The position numbers and the translations under genes are program-made. 64,000 nt of DNA from a virus. This document shows positions 56,193-64,000 of the stretch, in pieces. The first letter of the stretch is position 1; every line of letters starts with the position of its first letter. The stretch lies in IMG/VR virus record IMGVR_UViG_3300038463_000401; one strand, given 5' to 3'. The notes under the pieces are model-generated. The model was given only the letters and a program-made list of their open reading frames with translations. It was not told the origin of the DNA and made no database searches.

Positions 56193-56948
56193 TCAACGTT
56201 TGCTCCTACGTTCACGTTTAGCTATTGCTTTGGCAAGCTTTGCCTGTTCTTGCGCGGCCCAGCGAACTTTGTCCTCTTTGCTGACAACACGGGGTTCGGG
56301 TTCGGGGCGCGAGCGCCGCGGCTCGTGGGCAAAACCCGTAGCAGCTAGAGCCATGCCTGCGGCCATAGCGGCAAACGTATTGCCTCGCGCATGCTTCGCC
56401 CGACGCAGCTCCTTCGCATCCTCAAGCTCCCTGTTCAGCTTCACTGCGTCCGCGGCGAACTTAACCATGACCGCCCGGCGATCTCCTTCGCTCGGGGTTA
56501 GATGTTCTGGCACCTTCTTCAGGCCTTCGAGCATGATCCCAACATGCTTCAGGTATCTCTGACACTCCGCAGTGTTAGACGGACGGGGCAGCCGGTCGTC
56601 CATTCGTACGTAATAGCGCGGTAGCGTCAGCGCCTCCTCCGCCGGCAGCGCATACTTGTCGACGTCAGTATCTAGGGTTTCGATGTGGGCGAGGTTGCCG
56701 TCTTCGTTGGTATGGAAGAGGCCTTTGGGCAAGAACAACCGCGCGAACTTGCCGTGCCATTGGCCATCGCCGCGGGGATTGCATGCCGAGCAGTAATGTC
56801 CCCACGGTTGGCCTTCCGCGAGGCCGAGCTTGTCGCGGTAGCTCTGGTATTCGGGCTTGCCTTTTATGTACTCGTTCCCTGTCCAGTAACCTTCGGTAAG
56901 GCTCGTGTTTTCGAGGCACCCGCATTTATCGCACTGGAAGAGGCTCAT
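56193..56948 (-). CDS. Conserved phage hypothetical protein
   Basis: MSLFQCDKCGCLENT...CSAC...WHGKF. Confidence 0.65.
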   Translation of the reverse strand: MSLFQCDKCGCLENTSLTEGYWTGNEYIKGKPEYQSYRDKLGLAEGQPWGHYCSACNPRGDGQWHGKFARLFLPKGLFHTNEDGNLAHIETLDTDVDKYALPAEEALTLPRYYVRMDDRLPRPSNTAECQRYLKHVGIMLEGLKKVPEHLTPSEGDRRAVMVKFAADAVKLNRELEDAKELRRAKHARGNTFAAMAAGMALAATGFAHEPRRSRPEPEPRVVSKEDKVRWAAQEQAKLAKAIAKRERRSKR

Positions 56949-57350
56949 AGATCACCCACCTCCTTCAGCCACTTCTTATAGCAATCCACGTAGCCATCGT
57001 CCGGCACTGCCTCGACCCCCGTCGAGTAGAACCACACGGGCACGCCAGCCTCCGCCTCCTTCACATAGACTTGATCGCCAGGTTTGTGTCCGCAGACTCG
57101 GACAGCCTGCATGGTGCTAATCGCCAGACCACTACCATTAACCGGTACAGGAGTGGGCTGGTATTGTTGATAGTTGACGCAGCCCCTCTCGTCTGCCCTG
57201 AAGGTATGCCGCTGCCGCTCCTGGGCTTCATCGGCGCGCTTTTCCTCGTCAACAATGCAGGCCTTGATGCTGTCAACGCACCTTAGCTTGCCGGCCGCAC
57301 TATAATGCCCTGTCAGGCCACAGAGAGCGATGGCTAGCTGTACGTTCATA

Positions 57351-57788
57351 TTACCCCCAATAACTCGCAAGTTCCCACCTGGACTCTTGCCATTTGATTC
57401 CCATGAGTTCGCAGAAATCCTTTAGCTGCTTGATCTCGGCCTTAGTCGGCTCAACCAGCCTCACCTCTTCTGGGTAGCCGCGGCGCGCGCAAATCTTCGT
57501 GCGCTTCAAAGCAACGAACCACATTGAGGAGTCGATGTAGCAGTGCGTATCTATAGTACAAGGACAGGCCTCTACAGCGGCTCTGGCCTTGTCCCAATAG
57601 GCATGGTACGCCGCCTTCGTGCTGTCACTGAACTCTTCGTCCGGGGCCAAGATGCCCCCAGCGCGCGCGGCGTATACTCTCTCCCAGTTATGGTCTTCGC
57701 CCTCCAGCCAACCGGGAGCGCCTTCTCCGTCTTCCTCGCTGTAGAAGGTGAAACCGAAATATAGATAAGCGTTAGTCGAAGTGCCCAT
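57351..57788 (-). CDS. Hypothetical phage protein
   Basis: 145-aa ORF (MGTSTNAYLYFGF). Confidence 0.6.
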   Translation of the reverse strand: MGTSTNAYLYFGFTFYSEEDGEGAPGWLEGEDHNWERVYAARAGGILAPDEEFSDSTKAAYHAYWDKARAAVEACPCTIDTHCYIDSSMWFVALKRTKICARRGYPEEVRLVEPTKAEIKQLKDFCELMGIKWQESRWELASYWG

Positions 57789-58515
57789 GGTTCCTCAGTA
57801 GTGATTGGGTTCCTTGGCGTTAGCCTCATGTAGCGTACGCTGCGCGTACTCAGCACTGGCGGTTCTGCCCTCCGCGATGACCCCAAGTGCGTATTCGAAG
57901 TCATCTGCAGCATTCAACTTTGCCGCTGTCTTCTGTGCCATCTCTGGCGATGGGCACACACAGATATGCTTGAGGACGGGGCCAACCCCATCGTGGTGGT
58001 CTTTGACTACGGATAGGCCCTCCGCGTGGTAGTACTTACGTGCCACTAACAAACTCCATAACCTCGCCCTTAACTGGCGAGTCCCAGGGCTCGATTTCAA
58101 ACTTCCCCTGCAATCCAGCCTCCGCGAGCGACCGCATTGCAAAGCCCAATGCGCGGGATGGTGTACGCCCATAAGCCATTAGGCCATAGTCCCCAAGCCA
58201 GATCTTGGCCGAATACCACAGCTCCCCGTGATAGGTGCACTGCTCCAGGCGGAACTCAAACCCGCCGTCGCGCATGACTACTTCGTCTGAAGACACGCGA
58301 TTGCCTCCTTCGCTATTGTTATCCAGAACGTCCTGATAGCCTCGCGGTTCTCCCAGTCGGCGTCGATCTCCACCTGATCCGCTGGCGGCCGCTTCATAAT
58401 CTCCGTTTGCTTGGCCCAGCCGGCTCGGTGCAGGGCGCGGGCCAGTTCTGGGGCACCCATAACTGACCTGGGTTTCTTCATGATGGGAGTTCCTCCAGAG
58501 CGCTTATACCTAAAA

Positions 58516-59025
58516 TTAAACGAGCGCGTTGAGAACCTTGAAGAGGCTGAGGTTCAACCTGTTCAGGTCGTCCTGGGTGACGTTCCACCGCTCCTTGAGG
58601 CCGATGGCTTTGAATGTGAACACCTTGACTTCCCAGTCCGCATAGGGACGGAAGATCTTCACGAAGATGTCGTCTGGGATCACATCCTTCATCGTCTTCG
58701 CCGCGGCGTATATGGCCCGGTCTACGGAGGGGTTCCACTTGCGCTTATTGGCAGGCTCGATGTGCCAGACGTAGTCATCCCCGTCCCAGCCGTGCTGGAT
58801 TTGGATGTTGCCCGCCATCTGCGTAAGGAAAACCGCGGGCGTCATCTGGGCTGTGGCCCCTGCCCCCGCCAGGTTTTTACGCTGGCGGGAAGCGGGCGCG
58901 TCCTTTTCTGCGTTGGCAGCCATCATCCCAACGAAGTATTTAACCTCCTTCTCCGGGCGGTTAAACACATCATCGAGGAGTGACCTTACCGTGGCGTTAG
59001 GGGGCTTCTTCCGATACGACGACAT
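58516..59025 (-). CDS. Hypothetical protein
   Basis: 169-aa ORF. Confidence 0.6.
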   Translation of the reverse strand: MSSYRKKPPNATVRSLLDDVFNRPEKEVKYFVGMMAANAEKDAPASRQRKNLAGAGATAQMTPAVFLTQMAGNIQIQHGWDGDDYVWHIEPANKRKWNPSVDRAIYAAAKTMKDVIPDDIFVKIFRPYADWEVKVFTFKAIGLKERWNVTQDDLNRLNLSLFKVLNALV

Positions 59026-59480
59026 AATCCATCCTCTACTTCGTATTCGAATAAAATATCGACTAGCCCAGCGACGTCGTCGAAATCAAAAACGTGCCCA
59101 CCGGAAAACACAACGCTCTCCAGGCCAGCCGCGGTCCATGTGCCGTCTGGTGGAATTAGGTTAGCAGGCAGTAGCAACATGTCTCGAATGTCGTCCACCC
59201 CAATCAAACCGAATGCCGGAACTCCCGCGCGCATCATAGTTTGAAGGAATGTCTGCTGCGGCCCCGTAAACGGGTGCTTGAGCAGTGAGGCCTTTGATGC
59301 AGGCTTTCCGAAAGATTTGATCAGCTTCGATTCAACAACCACACTCCTGCCGCCCTTCCAGAGGCAGAAGTCCGGTATCCCAACATGGTACTTCTCCGCC
59401 ATCTTCAGTTTGGCAATCTCCGGGCTGAAGGCGTTGAGCTTCTTGCTTAGGTAGGCGTTGAACGCGTCTTCGTTACGCAT
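58986..59480 (-). CDS. PD-(D/E)XK nuclease (VRR-NUC/resolvase-like)
   Basis: GIPDF...VVESK...TGPQQTF. Confidence 0.75.
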   Translation of the reverse strand: MRNEDAFNAYLSKKLNAFSPEIAKLKMAEKYHVGIPDFCLWKGGRSVVVESKLIKSFGKPASKASLLKHPFTGPQQTFLQTMMRAGVPAFGLIGVDDIRDMLLLPANLIPPDGTWTAAGLESVVFSGGHVFDFDDVAGLVDILFEYEVEDGLCRRIGRSPLTPR

Positions 59481-59984
59481 GTTTCCTCCATGTTGTAAAA
59501 CTCAGGGGTACGCCCCAGTGTCTTCAATACCGCAACCCATCCTTCTTCTGGCTCCCCCAGTTCGTAGCTGGTGTTACGCGTCTTGGCGACCCGGTTGCCA
59601 ACATCAAGCATTAGTATCTTCGAGGTCACGATGCGGTGCCCATCCTCGCACTTTGGGTGGCCGGTGACCGTACCCAACAAGGATGCTGAGGACCCACTGA
59701 AATAAAGGGTAAGAGACCAGTCATCTAGTCTAGGCATGTTCAGTCCTTTGGCCAGCAAGAGGGGGCAGCCAGCGACCTCGAGTAGCAGACCGCCTCTTTA
59801 TTTTCACACCTAAACATGAAGTGCTCGTTGTTAACCTCCTCGCAGGCCATCTCCCACTTAGACGCTGGGGTCGGCGGCGGGTGCATCTCCGACTTGTCCG
59901 CTAGAGCAGGTGGGAGGTGAAAGCACACCCATAGGATAAGAGCTAGCCCGCCGAGGATAGCTACGAGGGATAAAGCTGCGGTCT

Positions 59985-60617
59985 TCACTTCATGGTCTCC
60001 ACATCAAATAGCGGCGCCGTCCAGTCATTGACCGCGCCAGCTGTGTTACAAAGAAACGGTTTCTGCTTCAGGTAGCTAGCGTTGGGTGTACTGGCAAAGA
60101 TCTTCATCGACGGCTCTGCCTGCTTTTCTAAGAACATGCGCTTGGCCTGAGCGGGGTATTGCCTGAGCACATGCAGCTCATCGGCGTCAAACACAACCGT
60201 CCCCTCTTGGGCCATTGCCATCCAAGGGTAGATATAGCGCGGTACCCACAGCATCGGTGTTCCCTCGACGCTCATCTTCAGATACGTCTTGCAGAACTTG
60301 AACCAGTTCGTGCCCTGCTCATCTATGAGATCCAGCAGCTGTTGGGGGCCAACCTGCTTGTAGTCCCAGAGGTGGTCAGCCACCATGGCTTCATAAAGGT
60401 GGATCATCGCCGTTTGGTGCTGGTCGACGAGCCGCCGGTAAGCCACTAGGCGCCCCTCGCGTATTGCTGCCTTGATTTCTTCTACCTTAGCCGACAGCCA
60501 GTCATACACAGGCTGCCCGTCTCGCGTGCGTATCTGCTTGGCGTACCAGCTGCCCTCATCAAGCGCATCCCGCAGTACCGATTTACGGTATGCGTCAAAG
60601 TGCTTCGCTAAGTCCAT
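59985..60617 (-). CDS. Hypothetical protein
   Basis: 210-aa ORF; RBS ggagaacac. Confidence 0.65.
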   Translation of the reverse strand: MDLAKHFDAYRKSVLRDALDEGSWYAKQIRTRDGQPVYDWLSAKVEEIKAAIREGRLVAYRRLVDQHQTAMIHLYEAMVADHLWDYKQVGPQQLLDLIDEQGTNWFKFCKTYLKMSVEGTPMLWVPRYIYPWMAMAQEGTVVFDADELHVLRQYPAQAKRMFLEKQAEPSMKIFASTPNASYLKQKPFLCNTAGAVNDWTAPLFDVETMK

Positions 60618-60625
60618 GTGTTCTC

Positions 60626-61036
60626 CTACGGATTAAGTAGCCGCTTCAACTCCTCCATCGCTGCGGCTTTATCCCGACTGCGCTCGAGGATCTCCAATGC
60701 CTGTTTCAGACCCTCCGCATATACGATTGACTCGTCTGATTCCTCTTTAACGATGGCGAACGTGCGTATCCGCACCAGGCCGTCGTCGCTGCGTATATAG
60801 CCCTCAATGACATAGCGGCCGCCCTCACGCACCTTGTCGCGCGCGAGCTCGGCCGCTCTACCTAAGCTTTCTATTCTAATAATGTTGGTTTTAAGGCAGG
60901 GGTGGCCAGTGCGGTTGTTGAACCGTTCATTCACGTGGAAGTCGAACGTCGTCAGGGGGGTACGTGGCGGTAGCATTGTATAAAGAGGTTGGCTCGCGGC
61001 GCGTCCACTAAGCCAAACCTTGTTGATATCGGCCAT
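60626..61036 (-). CDS. ssb: Single-stranded DNA-binding protein (OB fold)
   Basis: MADINKVWLSGR...F...NERF...G.AAE...KVREG..YVIEGYIR. Confidence 0.8.
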   Translation of the reverse strand: MADINKVWLSGRAASQPLYTMLPPRTPLTTFDFHVNERFNNRTGHPCLKTNIIRIESLGRAAELARDKVREGGRYVIEGYIRSDDGLVRIRTFAIVKEESDESIVYAEGLKQALEILERSRDKAAAMEELKRLLNP

Positions 61037-61072
61037 TGCTGTGTTCTCCGGTGGGGCAAATGACCCCACTGG

Positions 61073-62134
61073 CTAACGTAGCATAGGCCTCATCTCCCCG
61101 TGAAGCCTTAGATCGGAGTGGTGCTGGACCATTATGGCCAACTGCCCGTCCCTCGCCATGCTGGCATGCATGCCAGCCTGCCCCATGTGGGCGAAGGGGT
61201 GATGCTGACAGAGCGAGTTCTTGCAGAACTTGGTCCCGCAGTTGGCATAGCCAGCCGGCGGCATCCCCTGGTTGAGGCATGCTTCGCAGATTAGCGCCGT
61301 GGTCGCCCCCAGCATCGTGTGCTCTACACACCAGACTTGCTCCCCGCACCGGTGGCAGGACTGCGGCGGCCGGTTGTGCTTGGTGTAGTAGATCGGCGCC
61401 GTGATGGTCCCGTCTACCAGGATGCACTCACCGTACTCGAGCGCGCAGCCTATGATGTCGTGCTTCTGCCGACGATACTCGCGGCCGAGCGGCCCTGCCA
61501 GCCAGATAAACCCCGCCCAGGCTGAGAGCTCGAAGTAGGCCATCATTCGGCGGGGGTCGGGCCTATCCCCGCCAGGCGCGGTACACATCGCCCTCAAGGC
61601 CAGCTCCGTCTCAGAGTCGAGAGTATCCCATGCCTCCTCGCCATGCCCCTCTAGGACCTCGAAAATCATCTCCCCGATCATATTTGGCAGCGCCTTGAGC
61701 CCCGGCCGGGAAAGCATCTCGTGGAACTTAGCCTCGCACTGGCCTGGGATAAACCTAAAAGTTTCCATGTACTGCGGGTCCGCTTCCCGGCTTTGCGGGC
61801 TGCCGTCCGCGTCATGGATCTCGTAGGTGATCTTCGACCAATCGTCAGTCACATCCACGTCGCTTGTACCGCGGAAGAGGGCGTAGGGGTCCACCACATC
61901 CGAGTAGTAGAAGGCCGACGACGCGCCGGCGACCAGCACAGAGATCAGCTCGCTAGGCATGGGTACGTTGAACCGGGAGAACTGTTGCAGGCAGAAGTCG
62001 ATGCACTCGTCGGGTATCTCCCCGAACTCGAAGTTCATCAACCCGCCGTTGCCGTTACTCACCCAGTCCCAGATCTGGTCTTCCTTACCGTCGTCGTAAT
62101 ACTGCACGGGTTCCTTGATCGCGGCTGACCTCAT
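61073..62134 (-). CDS. Hypothetical protein with C-terminal Cys/His cluster
   Basis: 353-aa ORF; CHRC, CEAC, C...C..C.HH. Confidence 0.65.
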   Translation of the reverse strand: MRSAAIKEPVQYYDDGKEDQIWDWVSNGNGGLMNFEFGEIPDECIDFCLQQFSRFNVPMPSELISVLVAGASSAFYYSDVVDPYALFRGTSDVDVTDDWSKITYEIHDADGSPQSREADPQYMETFRFIPGQCEAKFHEMLSRPGLKALPNMIGEMIFEVLEGHGEEAWDTLDSETELALRAMCTAPGGDRPDPRRMMAYFELSAWAGFIWLAGPLGREYRRQKHDIIGCALEYGECILVDGTITAPIYYTKHNRPPQSCHRCGEQVWCVEHTMLGATTALICEACLNQGMPPAGYANCGTKFCKNSLCQHHPFAHMGQAGMHASMARDGQLAIMVQHHSDLRLHGEMRPMLR

Positions 62135-62467
62135 CTACTCTCCTCCAAAGTTGGCCGACTTCTAGCGGCCTGTGCGTAATACCGGCGATCCGCCCACGAC
62201 TCTTGTGCGTCTTCACCCACTTGTCGCTATAAGCGAACGTCGGCATCCCGTCCTTCGGCTTGAACCTACAAATGAAATGCAGCGGCGGCTTCTTGCCCCA
62301 CTGGGTCAATGTCCAGCTAGGTGATACGAACCGGTCCCAGCCGCGGCCGAGCCACCGCATCGACGACACCCGACCATCAGGCGTCTCAAGCGTGCGGTAT
62401 CTCGGCACGAGAAAACGAAGTTTCATTAAGCCTCCAAATGTTGTCTCATCTTAAAGGCTTATGCCAA

Positions 62468-62701
62468 TTATTTGACGGCTACTACAAGGCAGGTCTTAGA
62501 CTCGGTATCGATTTCGACGGTGAGATACTCATCGTGCTCGAACCATGCGTTGCACAGCTCTCTGATTTTTTCCCTGCGCACCTCGGCTAAAGCAGCGTGC
62601 TCCTCCTCGTCCAGTTCGATTTTATTTAGCTCAGTGTCAACCGCGTCACTGATCGCATCATGCAGGGTGTCCGGATCCTTCATCACTACGCGGAACTTCA
62701 T
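62468..62701 (-). CDS. Small acidic phage protein
   Basis: MKDPD...WFEHDEYLTVEIDT. Confidence 0.6.
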   Translation of the reverse strand: MKFRVVMKDPDTLHDAISDAVDTELNKIELDEEEHAALAEVRREKIRELCNAWFEHDEYLTVEIDTESKTCLVVAVK

Positions 62702-62736
62702 AATGGGTCCTTTGTTTGGTTCGCAAAGCGAAGCTT

Positions 62737-62771
62737 TAAAAAGAATGCCCCGGTGGGTGGTCCACCGGGGC
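62737..62771 (-). terminator. Intrinsic terminator
   Basis: GCCCCGGTGG...CCACCGGGGC followed by ATTCTTTTT on the minus strand. Confidence 0.75.
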
Positions 62772-63020
62772 TAAAGGAGGTGTCACGGGACAGGAGTTAC
62801 AGGAGCTCGTAGCCGAGCCACAGGTTCCAGAAACGAATGGGTTTGACAATGAACGTGGCACCCACAGGGCAGTGCTCGTTCACCAAGTGTCTAGCAGCGT
62901 GCACGCGGTGCTTACGTACCCGGTAGGTAATAGTGTTCTTGTGGAGCTCTTCCTTGATGAGCACAGTGCTGATCTGGTGCCGAGCTAGCAGCGCCCGAAT
63001 GTTCCCTCTTGTTGGCGCCA

Positions 63021-63410
63021 TCAGGTCAACTCGAACTTAACGATCTTCATCGACGGTGTGCCGTTCTGATCCAGCTCGTCTTCGAACTTTAGATCGAACA
63101 CGCTGGTCTGCTTCTCGAACGCCTTGTCCGTCGCAATCTCGCGCAGGAAGTACGTGATGCTCCCGCGTGCGGTGTAGTTGTTATTTTGGTACTTCTTCTT
63201 AAGAAGGTCACCCTTTTTGCTCGAAGTGAAGTCGTCGACGACGGGGTTCCCCACTACGGCGGGGCTGAACCCTTTCTCTTTGAGATGAAGCGCTAGTGCG
63301 TACTTCACCGCAATCGGAATCTTTTCGCTTGGCGCGTACTCGACGATGTTGCCGCGAACACCTTTGGCCTTGAGAACACCCTTAACTCGGCTCGATAGTG
63401 GCAGTGTCAT
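63021..63410 (-). CDS. Hypothetical protein
   Basis: 129-aa ORF. Confidence 0.6.
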   Translation of the reverse strand: MTLPLSSRVKGVLKAKGVRGNIVEYAPSEKIPIAVKYALALHLKEKGFSPAVVGNPVVDDFTSSKKGDLLKKKYQNNNYTARGSITYFLREIATDKAFEKQTSVFDLKFEDELDQNGTPSMKIVKFELT

Positions 63411-63889
63411 TTCATTTCCTCGACGGTGATTGGTTTTACTGAGCCTGCCGGCACCTTGCGGACCTTCTCGTTGACATACGACTCTTGAAGTAGGTCTTGG
63501 CGACCGGTCTTCCGCAAGTGCTCCTGGTAGGCCGGGGTGTACGCTGGCTTGATCTTAGCGCACGCGGCCTTCTCCGTCGCGGGGTCAATGTCACCGCGGC
63601 CGAAGGATTCCAGGTAGTCGTACTTGGTTTTGGAAATGCGGGTGACCTTGCCATTGGGCATGCGCATCTCGTAGTAGTAGCGGCCGTTCTGCTCTCCGAG
63701 TACTTTGCCAGTCATGCCGAGTTGGATCGGCGCGAAGCCGACATATTCGGCCGGGCTGTCACATTCGTGGCAGCGTGCATCCGCGCGGATGACCTCGTCC
63801 GGCGTGCTGTGCGGCATCCGGTAGAGGCTAAGGTGGCCTTGTGCACACTGATACTTGAAGTCGCGTTCGAGTTCGTTTAGCCAGCTCAT
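63407..63889 (-). CDS. FmdB-like Zn-ribbon protein
   Basis: YQCAQGH...CHECDS. Confidence 0.55.
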   Translation of the reverse strand: MSWLNELERDFKYQCAQGHLSLYRMPHSTPDEVIRADARCHECDSPAEYVGFAPIQLGMTGKVLGEQNGRYYYEMRMPNGKVTRISKTKYDYLESFGRGDIDPATEKAACAKIKPAYTPAYQEHLRKTGRQDLLQESYVNEKVRKVPAGSVKPITVEEMK

Positions 63890-64000
63890 GACTTGTACCC
63901 CCTAAACTCCGTTTCCCGTGTCCTCGGAAAGATCGCCGACAGTTCTTTCAGAAGAGCTTCGCTCTCGCACATCCACACCGTCTTCGAGAAGGTCTGACTG

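Noticed and set aside
60927-60942. Second parS-like sequence TCATTCACGTGGAAGT
   Set aside because: Four mismatches to the 16-bp consensus, in the outer positions needed for ParB binding.
1-64000. Stop-codon reassignment (alternative genetic code)
   Set aside because: Conserved genes (thyA, capsid, sheath, Pif1) are full length in code 11, genes end in TAA, TAG and TGA, and no suppressor tRNA was found.
1-64000. CRISPR array or cas genes
   Set aside because: No regularly spaced direct repeats and no Cas motifs were seen.

Overview
The window is a 64-kb segment of a large dsDNA tailed phage with a contractile tail (myovirus-like, probably jumbo). No bacterial housekeeping context is visible. 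It falls into four blocks. (1) 1-3.9 kb (+): accessory cluster of a GT21 lipid glucosyltransferase, a secreted papain-like protease and three lipoproteins. (2) 3.9-28.9 kb (mostly -): early/replication/host-takeover genes, including a ClpP-like protease, metallophosphoesterase, XRE-Rha regulator, CheY-like receiver, three tRNAs, tmRNA, RNase HII, ThyA, a family A DNA polymerase interrupted by an ORF-less 242-nt group I intron, three glycosyltransferases and a YhaM-like HD nuclease. (3) 29.3-49.9 kb (+): virion module with prohead protease, scaffold-like proteins, decoration protein, major capsid protein, neck proteins, tail terminator, sheath and tube, followed by a SNF2 helicase, a JAB-like protein and a Nudix hydrolase. 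(4) 50-64 kb (mostly -): GspC-like PDZ protein, second papain-like protease, Pif1 helicase, CX5R phosphatase, PD-(D/E)XK nuclease, SSB and many small hypotheticals. Portal, terminase, tape measure and baseplate were not recognised in the window. The most striking unexplained signal is a short F-W-x-G-F-E-K-x-A peptide fused to nine otherwise unrelated ORFs. It ends in the same K-x-A motif that is abundant in the capsid, scaffold and protease proteins, which suggests a modular capsid-targeting/protease-cleavage tag for injected cargo. Also notable is a perfect chromosomal-type parS site inside the Nudix gene. All calls come from motif recognition by eye; no database searches were run.
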